Below, piece by piece: positions 21,128 through 32,340 of a DNA stretch of 64,000 bases. Position 1 is the stretch's first letter. Every line of letters begins with the position of its first letter. Below the pieces are notes generated by a model, which was given only the letters and a program-made list of their open reading frames with translations, had not been told where the DNA came from and did not search any database. This DNA is from Escherichia coli (GTDB lineage Bacteria; Pseudomonadota; Gammaproteobacteria; Enterobacterales; Enterobacteriaceae), in assembly GCF_024502345.1 (NCBI RefSeq), contig NZ_JALDNN010000001.1; one strand, 5' to 3'. A program made the position numbers and the translations under genes.

Positions 21128-24100
21128 CTAGAGGTGCCCTCCAACCCCTTTAAATTTTTCGATAAACGCCCCAATTTTCTGGAATACGGTCTGCTTTTTC
21201 GTTTTGTACTGAGGATTCAGCGGACTGAGCTTTGGTAGCGTCTCATTTAGCTCAGTGCCATTTTCGGTAGCATACTCCCGTTTGAGTGATGTGCGGATAT
21301 AGCGCCTTGCAGCCTCTTCATTGAGGTTTTCTTCCTTAATCAACGCCTCTGCTTCCCGTTGCTGTTCACGCTGAGCATAGGTAAAGAATGCATCAATGAT
21401 ACTGGCCTTGTCCGGCATGTCATCAAGGTTAGTTTGCTGAATAAAGTCAACAATCAGACCTTCTTTGGCACGGTTGCCCAGACTTGAGCGGATTAAGCGT
21501 CTGACCTCTTCAGTCAGGGCTTCTTTACCTTTTTTCTCTCTGTTGTGGTCGAAAATCAGGCCAAGGATGTAATCCAGGTTAATTTCCTGCGACTTCAGCA
21601 GGTCAATTTCAAACACCACGTCATCCCAGTCTGTGGTTGATTTATCCCTGTCGTTTGATGCTTTTTCGCGTCGCTGCCAGTCCCGGATATCATTGTATGC
21701 TGAGCGATAGTCCTGAACTTTACGTTCTGCCGGGAGACGAATGGTTTGTAATTCAGCAAATTTTTCATCATCCACATAGTGCTCTGCTTTAAAGGTTTCT
21801 ACCGCTTCCGGGTCACTAATATCAACCTTCTGCAGGGCTTTCAGCGTGGCAAATTCATCATAGTTTTGCAGGATGTTTTCTGCCCGCAGATATTCACCAA
21901 ACAGTTTGACGAAGGCTTTTTTCTCTTTTTCACTGTCGATACTGGCAGGGTCAGGGAAGCGCTGCTCCAGCTCCGAAACAACAGCCATAAAACCTCGTTT
22001 AGCCTCACCGGTTGCCGCATCGGTAAAGCCCTGCATGTACTCTTCGTAGCTTTTTTCCAGCACCACATTCTTGGTGTTTTTGTCGCCAAAAAGTGTGATG
22101 GCATCAATGGTCGGACGCTCCAGGTCCCTGAAAGTCACGATATTGCCGAAGGTTTTGGTTGCATCATAGATACGGTTGGTGCGTGAGAATGCCTGCATCA
22201 GACCGTGATAACGCAGGTTTTTGTCAACGAACAGAGTATTGAGCGTCGGGGCATCAAAGCCGGTTAAGAACATTCCCACCACGATGAGAAGGTCGATATC
22301 CTGATTTTTCACTCGTTGAGCTAAATCGCGGTAGTAGTTCTGGAAGCCGTTACTGTCGGTACTGAAATTGGTTTTAAAGTGGTTGTTATAGTCATCAATG
22401 GCTGAATCCAGGAATTCCTTTGCGCTGCTGTTCATTGCGCTGGTATCAAAGCTTTCGTCAGTAATATCACCAATGGCGCTTTGCTCTTCATTAGCAGCAA
22501 AAGAGAAGATGGTTGCCACACGAAGACGTTTATAGCTGCCAGATTTCTTCTCAGCTTCTTCCTGTAGCATTTTAAATGTCGTGTAATAAGCTTTTGCCGC
22601 GTCCACGCTGCTCACTGCTAACATGGCATTGAAGCCTTTTGCTCCCGGGAAGGTACGATGCGTTTTCTGGCGGAAGTTATTGAGAATGTATTGCGTTATT
22701 TCCTGGATACGCAGTGGGTGCAGAAAGGCCTGCTGGTTTTCAGCCGCGCTGAGTTTTTTCTCGTCTGTTTCCGTTTCAAGGGACTTAAACTGTGGGCGGA
22801 CATCGTTATAGTCCACCTTAAACTTCAGCACTTTTTCATCACGAATCGCATCAGTAATTACGTAAGAATGTAATTCACGCCCGAAGACGCTGGCGGTGGT
22901 TTCTGCCCCCAGTGCATTTTCCGGGAAAATAGGCGTACCGGTAAAACCAAACTGATAAAAGCGTCTGAATTTCTTTTTGAGGTTTTTCTGGGCCTCACCA
23001 AACTGGCTGCGGTGACACTCATCAAAGATAAACACCACCTGCTGCTGATAGACGGGCAGGTCAGCTTCGGCTTTCATCAGGTTATTGAGTTTCTGAATGG
23101 TTGTGACGATAATTTTGTTATCGTCCTTATCCAGGTTTCTTCTGAGGCCAGCTGTATTATCCGAACCATTCACACTGTCCGGAGAGAAGCGCTGATACTC
23201 CTTCATGGTCTGGTAATCGAGGTCTTTCCTGTCGACCACGAAGAAGACTTTATCAATAAAGTCCAGCTCGGTTGCCAGTCGTGCGGCCTTAAAACTGGTC
23301 AGGGTTTTTCCTGACCCTGTGGTATGCCAGATAAACCCGCCGCTTTCGGGTTTTGACCAGTTCTTCGCTTTAAAAGAGCTGTTGATTTTCCAGAGAATGC
23401 GCTCAGTGGCCGCTATCTGATAGGGACGCATGACCAGCAGTGTCTGGCTGCTGTCAAACACGCTGTAATTAAACAGAACATTCAGCAGGGTATGCTTCTG
23501 GAAGAAAGTGGCGGTAAAGTCCTTCAGGTCCTTTATCAGGGTGTTATCCGATTTCGCCCAGTTCATGGTGAAATCAAAGCTGTTTTTATCCCGCTTAGTG
23601 GTACTGGCAAAGTACCGGGTATCAGTCCCGTTGGAAATCACGAAGAGTTGCAGGTATTTAAACAGGGAGTTATCGCTGTTAAAGCTTTCCTTGCTGTAAC
23701 GGTGTATCTGGTTAAAGGCTTCACGAATCGCCACGCCGCGCTTTTTGAGTTCGATTTGCACCAGTGGCAGGCCGTTGACCAGAATGGTGACGTCATAACG
23801 GTTAGCGTGTGAGCCGGTCTGCTCAAACTGCTGAATGACCTGCACCTTATTGCGCAGCAGGTTCTTTTTATCTATCAGATAGATGTTTTCCAGACGACCA
23901 TCATCAAACGTAAAATCACAGATATAGTCGATATGGATTTTACGGGTTTTGTCCAGGCTGCTGTCACTGGGGCTGTCCAGATACTGCTCTGCGAAGCGCC
24001 GCCATTCACTTTCGTTAAACTCCACACCATTAAGACGCTGAAGCTGGTCCCGCACATTCGCCAGCATCGCAGTCGGTGACTTAACGGAGATAAACTCATA

Positions 24101-24244
24101 CCCCTGATTAAGAAGGTCCTGAATCAGCTCCCGCTCAAGGTCCAATTCGCTCTGGTAGCTGTCACCGGTATCCATAACTTTTGTGTATTTATCAAGGACG
24201 ATAAAGTTATTGGATTCAGCAATGGTGTGTGTCTGTTGTGTCAT
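21128..24244 (-). CDS. hsdR: type I restriction enzyme R subunit (HsdR), type IC-like size
   Basis: 1038 aa; Walker [18 protein letters not shown]-box helicase motifs (FDECHRSQ), N-terminal nuclease region; RBS present. Confidence 0.9.
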   Translation of the reverse strand: MTQQTHTIAESNNFIVLDKYTKVMDTGDSYQSELDLERELIQDLLNQGYEFISVKSPTAMLANVRDQLQRLNGVEFNESEWRRFAEQYLDSPSDSSLDKTRKIHIDYICDFTFDDGRLENIYLIDKKNLLRNKVQVIQQFEQTGSHANRYDVTILVNGLPLVQIELKKRGVAIREAFNQIHRYSKESFNSDNSLFKYLQLFVISNGTDTRYFASTTKRDKNSFDFTMNWAKSDNTLIKDLKDFTATFFQKHTLLNVLFNYSVFDSSQTLLVMRPYQIAATERILWKINSSFKAKNWSKPESGGFIWHTTGSGKTLTSFKAARLATELDFIDKVFFVVDRKDLDYQTMKEYQRFSPDSVNGSDNTAGLRRNLDKDDNKIIVTTIQKLNNLMKAEADLPVYQQQVVFIFDECHRSQFGEAQKNLKKKFRRFYQFGFTGTPIFPENALGAETTASVFGRELHSYVITDAIRDEKVLKFKVDYNDVRPQFKSLETETDEKKLSAAENQQAFLHPLRIQEITQYILNNFRQKTHRTFPGAKGFNAMLAVSSVDAAKAYYTTFKMLQEEAEKKSGSYKRLRVATIFSFAANEEQSAIGDITDESFDTSAMNSSAKEFLDSAIDDYNNHFKTNFSTDSNGFQNYYRDLAQRVKNQDIDLLIVVGMFLTGFDAPTLNTLFVDKNLRYHGLMQAFSRTNRIYDATKTFGNIVTFRDLERPTIDAITLFGDKNTKNVVLEKSYEEYMQGFTDAATGEAKRGFMAVVSELEQRFPDPASIDSEKEKKAFVKLFGEYLRAENILQNYDEFATLKALQKVDISDPEAVETFKAEHYVDDEKFAELQTIRLPAERKVQDYRSAYNDIRDWQRREKASNDRDKSTTDWDDVVFEIDLLKSQEINLDYILGLIFDHNREKKGKEALTEEVRRLIRSSLGNRAKEGLIVDFIQQTNLDDMPDKASIIDAFFTYAQREQQREAEALIKEENLNEEAARRYIRTSLKREYATENGTELNETLPKLSPLNPQYKTKKQTVFQKIGAFIEKFKGVGGHL

Positions 24245-24360
24245 GGAGCATCCTGTGCGTCATCTGGCAAAGTCCGGAAGGGTATCAGAAGCATCTTCCG
24301 GCATTCATAAAACCTGATACCGGACGGGTGAGAACAAACCCTGCCGGTATCAATGGTCCG

Positions 24361-25569
24361 TCAGTTGCTAGTTGTTTCGTGCTTCGGGAAGCTGAACAAC
24401 AAGTCGCGATAGTACTCGTACTGCTTCTGGCGTAGTTCTATTTCACGGGGTAAGCCTTCGGTGATAGAGCTTGTTAATGTGTCGAATTTATCGAGTATGG
24501 TGACAATCCTAACTTGCTCTGACTTTGAAGGGATTGGTAGTAAAAGGTCCTCCATTTGTTTTTTGGATACGGCAGGAATACCTCCTTTCTGCTGAATACC
24601 CGTTAATTTGGTCTCGGATTGTTTCAGATAGTAATAGACATACATCCAATGCAACTGTTCAGTGCTTCTAACAGAGATGGAATAGCAACTATTGCCTGCC
24701 CAGTAAGGAGTGGAACTCTTATTTACAAATCCTGCATTTGCTCCACGCGCACTCACAATAATCTTATCGCCATCATTGTTGAAGTCTTCGTAGTAACCTG
24801 TAGGAGTCCGCCCTCCGTTGTAGACCGGATAATCTGCGTCAGGATTCTGCTTGTCCTTACGGACAAACGCACCAATTGTAATTATTGCTACTTCCCCCAG
24901 ACTCTTCCACTCAACACTCCCCCCCTCAAAACTCAGCAATTGGTTACGATAGTAATTGTACTGCTTTTTACGCATGGTAAGCTCAGCTGTAAGCTCAGCT
25001 GTAAGAGCAGTAAATTTATCCAGAATTCGGACGATTTCAGACTGGATGGTCAGAGACTTTTCAGGATTTTCCGGGCAAGGAATGGGGGCTTTATATGCTG
25101 AAATCATTTGAAGATTCAGCCCACCACGCCCGCTGTTCCCAGATGATATCTGACGTAGATTATCATACTGGGTTTCCAAAAAGTGGAAAATATAATCTGA
25201 ATTGATCTTCCGCTCATCAAATGTAATGGCTGCAAGTGATTGATTGGTGGTTAATTTAATGCGGGTTCTTGCTACTTTACCACGAGTTTTACCCTGACCT
25301 GCTAATGCCATAACAATGGAATTTTCAGGAACAAATTTAGCACTTGAGTTATTTAATCCATCCTCAGTAATGAATGTCTCAGTTTCTTTGATGGTTTTTA
25401 AATTTACTTCACCTGAACTCATCCAGGGGATAGTTCCATGCTCCCAATATTCTGTTTTTTTAGTATCAGGGGTGCCACCAGAATAAATTTTTTTTGCAAC
25501 CTTACCGAGAGGGAACCACTCAACCTCAATCCCCTCCAGCAGTTTTTCCAGATAATTTAGCTTACTCAT
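24361..25569 (-). CDS. hsdS: type I restriction-modification specificity subunit (HsdS)
   Basis: 402 aa with two target-recognition domains separated by a central conserved region containing TAELTAEL; start overlaps the hsdM stop (ATGA). Confidence 0.85.
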   Translation of the reverse strand: MSKLNYLEKLLEGIEVEWFPLGKVAKKIYSGGTPDTKKTEYWEHGTIPWMSSGEVNLKTIKETETFITEDGLNNSSAKFVPENSIVMALAGQGKTRGKVARTRIKLTTNQSLAAITFDERKINSDYIFHFLETQYDNLRQISSGNSGRGGLNLQMISAYKAPIPCPENPEKSLTIQSEIVRILDKFTALTAELTAELTMRKKQYNYYRNQLLSFEGGSVEWKSLGEVAIITIGAFVRKDKQNPDADYPVYNGGRTPTGYYEDFNNDGDKIIVSARGANAGFVNKSSTPYWAGNSCYSISVRSTEQLHWMYVYYYLKQSETKLTGIQQKGGIPAVSKKQMEDLLLPIPSKSEQVRIVTILDKFDTLTSSITEGLPREIELRQKQYEYYRDLLFSFPKHETTSN

Positions 25570-27122
25570 GCCTGCGCCTCGTAGCCTTCAATTTCTGCCA
25601 CAATCGCATCAATGTCTTTGCGTAACTGGTCGATTTTGCTGACCGTGGTTTTAAGCTCAACATTCAGTTCGGTGATATCGACGATTTCACGGGTATCTTT
25701 TGCTTCGACGTAGCTACTGACAGACAGATTGTAGTCATTACCAGCAACAGTCTCTAATGGCACCGTTTTCGCCAGATGGTCAGTATCTGCCTTACTGTTG
25801 AACACATCCATAATCTGCTTAATATGACCATCAGTCAGGATATTGTTATTGGTTTCTTTCTTAAACAACCCGCTGGCGTCAATAAACTGAACGCGGGTAT
25901 CTGTTTTGTGCTTGGACAACACTAGTATGTTAACGGCAATGGTGGTGCCGAAGAACAGATTTGGTGCCAGAGAAATCACCGTTTCAACATAGTTGTTGTC
26001 GACCAGGTACTGGCGGATTTTCTGCTCTGCTCCGCCACGGTAGAAAATACCGGGGAAGCAAACTATTGCTGCACGCCCTTTAGCTGACAGGTAGTTTAGT
26101 GCATGTAGCACAAACGCAAAGTCAGCTTTTGATTTCGGGGCCAGTACGCCAGCAGGAGCAAAGCGCTCATCGTTAATCAGGGTCGGATCATCACTACCAA
26201 TCCACTTAACCGAGTACGGTGGGTTAGAAACAATCGCATCGAACGGTTTTTCATCGCCAAAGTGAGGCTCAGTCAGGGTATTCCCCAACCTGATATCAAA
26301 CTTATCGTAGTTGATGTTGTGCAGGAACATATTCATACGCGCCAGGTTAAACGTCGTATGATTTATCTCTTGTCCGAAAAAACCTTCTTCAATGATATGA
26401 TTATCAAAGTGCTTCTTCGCCTGAAGCAGCAGTGAGCCAGAGCCTGCGGCAGGGTCATAGATTTTGTTGACGTGAGTCTGACCATGCATCGCAAGCTGAG
26501 CAATCAGCTTAGAGACGTGCTGTGGTGTGAAGAACTCCCCGCCAGACTTACCGGCATTCGCCGCATAGTTTGAAATCAGGAACTCGTAGGCATCACCGAA
26601 AAGGTCAATCTGGTGCTCATTAAAATCCCCGAGCTTTAGCCCCTCAACGCCTTTCAGAACGGCAGCGAGGCGGCTGTTTTTGTCTTTGACGGTGTTACCC
26701 AGTCGATTGCTGGTCGTATCGAAATCGGCAAACAGACCTTTGATGTCGGCCTCAGACGGATAGCCGTAGGCAGAGCTTTCAATAGCGACGAAGATACTGT
26801 TTAAATCAGCATTCAGCCTGTCGTTGGTGTTCGCTTTAGCGGCAACGTTGCAGAACAGCTGGCTCGGATAGATGAAATAGCCTTTAGTCCTGATGGCATC
26901 ATCTTTGATGTCATCGGTAATGATGCTGTCATCAAGTGCTGCATAATGTATGCTCTCATCCCCTGCTTCCATGTAGCTGGAAAAATTCTCACTGATGAAG
27001 CGGTAGAAAAGGGCACCGAGTACATACTGTTTAAAATCCCATCCATCTACTGAGCCCCTGACATCATTGGCAATGGCCCAGATTTGACGGTGTAGTTCTG
27101 CACGTTGTTGAAGACTGGTCAT
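25566..27122 (-). CDS. hsdM: type I restriction-modification N6-adenine DNA methyltransferase (HsdM)
   Basis: 518 aa; catalytic NPPY motif ([10 protein letters not shown]) and AdoMet-binding motif. Confidence 0.9.
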   Translation of the reverse strand: MTSLQQRAELHRQIWAIANDVRGSVDGWDFKQYVLGALFYRFISENFSSYMEAGDESIHYAALDDSIITDDIKDDAIRTKGYFIYPSQLFCNVAAKANTNDRLNADLNSIFVAIESSAYGYPSEADIKGLFADFDTTSNRLGNTVKDKNSRLAAVLKGVEGLKLGDFNEHQIDLFGDAYEFLISNYAANAGKSGGEFFTPQHVSKLIAQLAMHGQTHVNKIYDPAAGSGSLLLQAKKHFDNHIIEEGFFGQEINHTTFNLARMNMFLHNINYDKFDIRLGNTLTEPHFGDEKPFDAIVSNPPYSVKWIGSDDPTLINDERFAPAGVLAPKSKADFAFVLHALNYLSAKGRAAIVCFPGIFYRGGAEQKIRQYLVDNNYVETVISLAPNLFFGTTIAVNILVLSKHKTDTRVQFIDASGLFKKETNNNILTDGHIKQIMDVFNSKADTDHLAKTVPLETVAGNDYNLSVSSYVEAKDTREIVDITELNVELKTTVSKIDQLRKDIDAIVAEIEGYEAQA

Positions 27123-27710
27123 TTTTATCCTGTTATCGATTCTTGGTTTCGGCTATTGCTGCGATTTTATCGCAATTTTACTTCTTTGACAGGTTTGAGT
27201 GATGCCTGATAGCCTCCCCAATGAAGGTTAAAATGGTTAATGAAATGTACAGAGAATCAATCGGATATGCTGTTTCGATTTCTGGAGCATCATTAGCGGT
27301 GTTTAGGGGCAGTTCATTACATTTCTGACCTTGTATAGATATGCCGTGATGAAATAAACGTTCACAGCCATCATCTGATCGGTGTGCAACAAAGGCGTCA
27401 TTCATTAAATACGCAGAGAGCCTGACTTATTGCGTCAACGGGTGAGTTACAATGTTGAATCTGGTAACGCCAAAACTGTGTAATTATCTACGCTAAATCA
27501 TTTCTGGTTAGCGTGACCGACGCCGGCGGTCTTAAGATGTACAATTCTTACTGTCTCCGAATGAATTTTATTTATTCAAACAGACTTGGGTGATATTATT
27601 ATCAAGTGAAAATGCCTGTTACCTACCTTGATGATATATACAGTGTTTTTACAGATGAATTTATATGTTTGTAATCAATGCGTGAGTTTGATGTTTTTAA
27701 GGTTAGTTAA

Positions 27711-28031
27711 ATGAAACAGCTATTGGATTTTATAATTGGAAGTTGTGTGGATAACAGAACCAAATTTCAGTTGCTTGCAGTTTGTTATCCAAAATGTAAG
27801 GATGATGAAGTGATGTTGATTTTGCGCTGGAGGGTAGCTGATTTGTATGCGCATGAACTGGAAGTTCAGAATTATCTTTTTAGAGAGCTGGAAGGTATCA
27901 TAGAGAAAATCACGGGCCTGCCTGAAACCTATTTTGTATCAAGCTATAAATCACTATTGACCGATGATTTTAGAGAACTCACAGCAGCGGGGGTTGATGT
28001 TTGTAAGTTTATTATGGAAAACAAAGGTTAG
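27711..28031 (+). CDS. hypothetical protein (106 aa), AT-rich orphan
   Basis: ORF in a low-GC segment, opposite orientation to its neighbours; no recognisable motif. Confidence 0.3.
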   Translation: MKQLLDFIIGSCVDNRTKFQLLAVCYPKCKDDEVMLILRWRVADLYAHELEVQNYLFRELEGIIEKITGLPETYFVSSYKSLLTDDFRELTAAGVDVCKFIMENKG

Positions 28032-28146
28032 TTGGATAAGAACCAACACATTTTCAGGTTCTGTTCTGGCTGAGGAACCTGAATATTCAATCAATGTGTT
28101 AGTTCTATTTTTGATGGTTAGATTTAAATGTGATTCTTTTGCGGTG

Positions 28147-28482
28147 TTATACTGCTGTTATGCATCTAAAAAGCTGACGGCTTTGTTTATGTTTTATGTT
28201 CGGATAGATTCTCATCGCAGCTGCACAGAGAGGTGAAACCTGCCTTGCTATATTTTTACCAAAGTTAACAAGAAGACCATGCTTGATCTTTTCACTATTC
28301 GTTCTGACTTTGATGACAAAGCTGAACTGATATACGATTACCTCAATGAGGTCATTGCCAAATGTTATACTGGCAGCGTTGTTTATTTCATGTTCATAAT
28401 TCCTCAGGTCAGTGTTAAGTCTTGCTGTTGCATCTACAAGTGCGTATTCTTTATCGATAATCATAACTTTCTCACTTATCAT
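28147..28482 (-). CDS. hypothetical protein (up to 111 aa), AT-rich orphan
   Basis: ORF 40 bp downstream of the HTH-WYL regulator on the same strand; start uncertain. Confidence 0.3.
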   Translation of the reverse strand: MISEKVMIIDKEYALVDATARLNTDLRNYEHEINNAASITFGNDLIEVIVYQFSFVIKVRTNSEKIKHGLLVNFGKNIARQVSPLCAAAMRIYPNIKHKQSRQLFRCITAV

Positions 28483-28522
28483 GTTAATGTGATTTAATCA
28501 TCACTAATAATATGTTGTGATT

Positions 28523-29236
28523 TTAATTGCGATTATTCGGTTGTTTTGCCCCGTAATGCATTATCTGATGAATAATGTTCATGTGGGGTAAGGCTTCCAT
28601 AAAGTCAGACTGTTCAATCAGCGAAATGAGTGTGTTATCGATCTCAAACGTTGTATCCGGTAATACCTCAACCAGCCTGATTCGGGACAGGGAAATAACG
28701 AACACGCCCGATGACGTACATCCGGCAAGAAACCACTCCGCATGGCTGCAAAGCAGACGGTAGGGATGAACGGTATGGCTGACGTTTTCGTCGGTTCTGA
28801 TACGCACCTGGGTCTGGTTAAGTATGGCGAGCGTCAGTCTGCTGAAATCACCGAAAAGGGTGGGTTTCTGGCGCGGCTCCGGTAGCATAATCCTGTATGG
28901 CGAGGGACGTTCCCCGTCAAGCATCAGGCTCAGTAGTTTGGCATCCATCGCGGGTAACAGACGGTCAAGATGCAGCAACCTCGCCAGTATCTTCATATCC
29001 CGTTCCGTGCGGCGACGAAAGTAATGTGAGGCAAGCTGATACACGCCGTTGCTCTGTTCAATATCAAGGTAGGTCAGACGGACGTTGAAATCCCGTCGCA
29101 GCGTTCGCGTCGTCACTCCAAATTCTTCTGCCAGCGTCCCGATATGCAGCTTTTCACCCTGAAACAAACGGCTCAGGATGATGGAAAGGCGGGTTGCCAG
29201 TCTGTCATGTTCGTTTTCTTGTGTTATCAGCGTCAT
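28523..29236 (-). CDS. HTH-WYL domain transcriptional regulator
   Basis: N-terminal HTH LAEEFGVTTRTLRRDF; central WYL-type segment HPYRLLCSHAEWFLAGCTSSGVFVISLSRIRLVEV. Confidence 0.7.
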   Translation of the reverse strand: MTLITQENEHDRLATRLSIILSRLFQGEKLHIGTLAEEFGVTTRTLRRDFNVRLTYLDIEQSNGVYQLASHYFRRRTERDMKILARLLHLDRLLPAMDAKLLSLMLDGERPSPYRIMLPEPRQKPTLFGDFSRLTLAILNQTQVRIRTDENVSHTVHPYRLLCSHAEWFLAGCTSSGVFVISLSRIRLVEVLPDTTFEIDNTLISLIEQSDFMEALPHMNIIHQIMHYGAKQPNNRN

Positions 29237-29338
29237 ACATCATTTCCGAATTTAGCCGGGAAATGATGCCAGCAGTAGCGGACAGGATTTGTCCGCCCTC
29301 TGAAGTTTTTTAAAGTCTGAATACCTTAAATGTAAGTG

Positions 29339-30088
29339 CTAAACGTCAGTATTCTCAGGTGAATAAAGATGCTTCTGGCGCATGTAGGCAATAAAAATGC
29401 AGGATGGTAGCGTCACCCGGTATGCGGGACCGGCTAAATCAATCAGCAGCCAGAGAGAACTGAGCACCCAGCCCACGGGACCGGCAAAAGCGCCCATGGT
29501 ACGCGTCAGCATGGCATTTCCTGCAACGGTCAGCCCTCTGCCTAACAGGGCTTTCGCCACACCATTTGTGACAACAAGTGCCATCTGATAGGCCGCAAAC
29601 CCGGATGTTTTAATCCCCGCCTGGATTGCCATGGTCAGCAGCTCCGGCGTGGGATTGCTGTAGCCTGTCTGCAATTCTTCCGCCACGGTCTTTAGCTGAG
29701 CGGGTGTCATCTTCTCAAGGCTTTTCTCCAGGATCTTCATCAGCAGATTCATTTCAATGGTTTCAACACTGGATTTGCTGTTGTAGTTCACCTTCATTTT
29801 ATCGCAGGCATCGGTAAGAATTTCCCGGTACAGCACCCCTTTACCCCAGCGGAGCAGCGTGGCAAAGCTGTTCGCCCCAAACGTCTGAACTTCGGCGGCA
29901 ATGGCATCCCAGTAGCGCGGGTGGTTGGGCTTGTGTTTTTTATACTGAGGATCATAGGTCAGCGTTTCCGTGATGCGTGCCAGTCCGTCTTTCGGATCGC
30001 AGATAAGCACAGAAACCAGTAAATCCAGATCGTCACGATGACAGTGGCGCAGAAACTCAAGGTCGGGGTCGTGTCGGTAGGTAGCCAT
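29339..30088 (-). CDS. hypothetical protein (249 aa) with C-terminal Gly-rich hydrophobic segment
   Basis: ...GAFAGPVGWVLSSLWLLIDLAGPAYRVTLPSC...; possibly YaaW/UPF0174-like (from memory, unverified). Confidence 0.5.
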   Translation of the reverse strand: MATYRHDPDLEFLRHCHRDDLDLLVSVLICDPKDGLARITETLTYDPQYKKHKPNHPRYWDAIAAEVQTFGANSFATLLRWGKGVLYREILTDACDKMKVNYNSKSSVETIEMNLLMKILEKSLEKMTPAQLKTVAEELQTGYSNPTPELLTMAIQAGIKTSGFAAYQMALVVTNGVAKALLGRGLTVAGNAMLTRTMGAFAGPVGWVLSSLWLLIDLAGPAYRVTLPSCIFIAYMRQKHLYSPENTDV

Positions 30089-30231
30089 ATTTCACCTCAT
30101 TGCAGATATTGGACCTGACAGTTTAAGGAAGCACCCGGACAGGGTTTGTCCGCCTGAAAAACAAAAAAGTAAAAAAAAACCTACCCGAAAGCAGGTTTCT
30201 GTTCACCGGATGGAGGTATAACGCGTCGGGA

Positions 30232-30618
30232 TTACTTTCCGCGCCATTCCTTTTCCACTTTATCCGCAAAGGCATCGCACTGCCGGGCATATTCCGGGTT
30301 ATACAGAAGCTCCGACTGCGAAAGCTGCATGGCGGTCATGCTGCCGTTACGGGCGTTCGATTCGAGCCAGGTTCTGCCATAGGTTTGGTTCATCACCTGA
30401 AGTACCCTGTTGAATACCGGTCCGTTGAAGCGGGCATTGAGATTAACGCCTTTTACCTGAAGGCCGCTGTCACTGGTCTGGGTCAGGCGGGTGGAGTACA
30501 TCGCGCAGAAGGTCGAATTGGTAATCATCTGAGCGTCAGCCTGCTCGTCGGCGAACGCGCTGTGGCTGAAGGCGGAAAGCAGAATTGCGGCGGTTAACAG
30601 TTTTAAAGTTTTCATCAT
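30232..30618 (-). CDS. secreted/periplasmic hypothetical protein (128 aa)
   Basis: Signal peptide MMKTLKLLTAAILLSAFSHSAFA; two Cys residues in the mature part. Confidence 0.55.
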   Translation of the reverse strand: MMKTLKLLTAAILLSAFSHSAFADEQADAQMITNSTFCAMYSTRLTQTSDSGLQVKGVNLNARFNGPVFNRVLQVMNQTYGRTWLESNARNGSMTAMQLSQSELLYNPEYARQCDAFADKVEKEWRGK

Positions 30619-30692
30619 GTTCCCTTATGGATTGAAAAGCGGAGACAGCCTGCCATACGGGGTGGTCAGGAGATGTCCGGCAGAGAAAAAAG

Positions 30693-30932
30693 TCAGGGTT
30701 TCAGCGAGGGAGCCAGTCGCCAGCGGTGAGGGCCAGCGGATTCCAGCACAAAGGCCAGTTGAGCGAGGTCCCGTCTTGCTGTGCGGGGAGAGACGTCAAA
30801 CTGCCGGATGATGTAGCGAACAGATATTGTCTGACCGTAAAACAGGGCCATGGTCAGCCGGATAAGCCGTTCTCCCTGTCCGGTGACACGTTGCCTGCAA
30901 CGGCTGGCTTTCATCGTTGCCATACGCGCCAT
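30693..30932 (-). CDS. small HTH protein (79 aa)
   Basis: Motif FDVSPRTARRDLAQL resembles the HTH of DeoR/WYL-type regulators, but the protein has no C-terminal domain; overlaps the upstream gene by 22 bp. Confidence 0.45.
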   Translation of the reverse strand: MARMATMKASRCRQRVTGQGERLIRLTMALFYGQTISVRYIIRQFDVSPRTARRDLAQLAFVLESAGPHRWRLAPSLKP

Positions 30933-31375
30933 CGGTCCCCTTTCTGAAAAGAATCGAGGTGTCTGGCAAGCCAGATATCAGGGCACGAATCGCCGGTAAC
31001 GCAGCGGGCAGTAAACCGGTGGCAGTTAAAGTCGAGCAGGCTATAAGGATAGCGCTGACCCACTGCCGCCTTTGCCCGTTCAGCGGCCTGTGCACAACCC
31101 TGAGGCGTCAAATCCATACAGTCGGTATACACCGAGATAGCGGAGTTCCAGCCATCGAGCCGGTCAAGAAACCCTTTGGCCTTACTTTTGATAACGGTTC
31201 CATCGCCATCAAGATGAACAATATCGCCGTTACCCACATAGATACCGCTGTGTGCGGCAAGGCCAAAAAGCAGTTCGCACTGCACGATACCACCGTAAGC
31301 CGGTTCATCGACGCAGGAGAGAATGCAGTTATCGATAAATGAATCCACGAAGTTCAGCAGCAGAAGCCGGTACAT
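30911..31375 (-). CDS. LRAT/NlpC-P60-like papain-fold protein (putative acyltransferase/phospholipase)
   Basis: Track ORF 30911-31546 trimmed to MYRLLLLNF...; motifs HSGIYVGNGDIVH (catalytic His) and YSLLDFNCHRFTARCVTG (NCEHF-like nucleophile Cys), as in LRAT/PLAAT family. Confidence 0.55.
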   Translation of the reverse strand: MYRLLLLNFVDSFIDNCILSCVDEPAYGGIVQCELLFGLAAHSGIYVGNGDIVHLDGDGTVIKSKAKGFLDRLDGWNSAISVYTDCMDLTPQGCAQAAERAKAAVGQRYPYSLLDFNCHRFTARCVTGDSCPDIWLARHLDSFQKGDRWRVWQR

Positions 31376-31433
31376 AACATTCAGTTCCTTACTACGGGGG
31401 AGAGGGGGGATGCGGGGGAAACGTTGTGAACAC

Positions 31434-31862
31434 TCAGCTTTGCCACAACGTACGGACCGTGAAAACCCCCATATCGTGGTAAGCCATAAAGTTACTTTCC
31501 CACAGCGACCAGAACTCACGGGCGTCGACATGAGAGATATCGCCACAACGGGAAAGCCACGTGTATTGTTGCGTCCAGCTCACATCGACATCTTTTTCAA
31601 GCTCAGGCCATGGATGCCCTGCATAGTGAAAATCGGTGACGTAATCGAGCTGCCAGTCTTCTCCGGCAGGGATGAGGCGTATTTCGACCGGATGCCAGCC
31701 GCCCTTTTCCGGTGAGTATTCAGGGTCACGAAAGTTAATGGTTAATCCGGTGATGGGGTGACGATGAGGCGGTTTTTGCGCGAGGATATCCAGAAGCAGT
31801 TGGGTGAACGACCGGGAGAGCGGCAGCACATAGCCGCCCTGCAATATTACGGGTGATGACAT
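31434..31862 (-). CDS. hypothetical protein (142 aa)
   Basis: ORF in the co-directional array; no confident family assignment. Confidence 0.45.
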   Translation of the reverse strand: MSSPVILQGGYVLPLSRSFTQLLLDILAQKPPHRHPITGLTINFRDPEYSPEKGGWHPVEIRLIPAGEDWQLDYVTDFHYAGHPWPELEKDVDVSWTQQYTWLSRCGDISHVDAREFWSLWESNFMAYHDMGVFTVRTLWQS

Positions 31863-31908
31863 AGTGAATTTCCTGATTTTTGGTTAACAGAACACAGAAA
31901 AAGCGGGG

Positions 31909-32340
31909 TTAGTCCTGGCTGAGCGTAGCAAGCTGCGTCATACGATGCTGCCAGTCGGCATAGCAGCGGTGCATAAAGAGTCTGCTGCTGTCCGCTTCGA
32001 TAAGGCAGATATCCGGACTTCTGAGCACAGCAGCAAGAAACCCGGCGTTGTTGGTACTGCCCTGACCAAACAGTGGGCGAAATACACGGGACGGGAAGCT
32101 GTCCTGCTGCTGTTCCAGAATGGCGTGAATCGCATCAAGCGCTATCCATTCACGGGAGAACAGGCCCCCTTCGCCATTGGCGGTTAAGCGCAGGGCAAGA
32201 CTCCCGGTTTCACCCTCTTTACCCAGCTCATACGTCAGCAGTCCTTTACTGTGGGGGCTGATTTTCTCGGCTTCCCCCATGTAGAACACGGTATAGCTTT
32301 CGGTGACGGCGGCTTCGGTAGCGATTTTTTTCTTACTCAT
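31909..32340 (-). CDS. hypothetical protein (143 aa)
   Basis: Start overlaps the upstream gene's stop by 8 bp, suggesting translational coupling. Confidence 0.45.
   Translation of the reverse strand: MSKKKIATEAAVTESYTVFYMGEAEKISPHSKGLLTYELGKEGETGSLALRLTANGEGGLFSREWIALDAIHAILEQQQDSFPSRVFRPLFGQGSTNNAGFLAAVLRSPDICLIEADSSRLFMHRCYADWQHRMTQLATLSQD

Noticed and set aside
27178-27405. 75-aa ORF upstream of hsdM
   Set aside because: Lies in the hsdM promoter region with no RBS or motif. Possibly a leader peptide, but not supportable from sequence alone.
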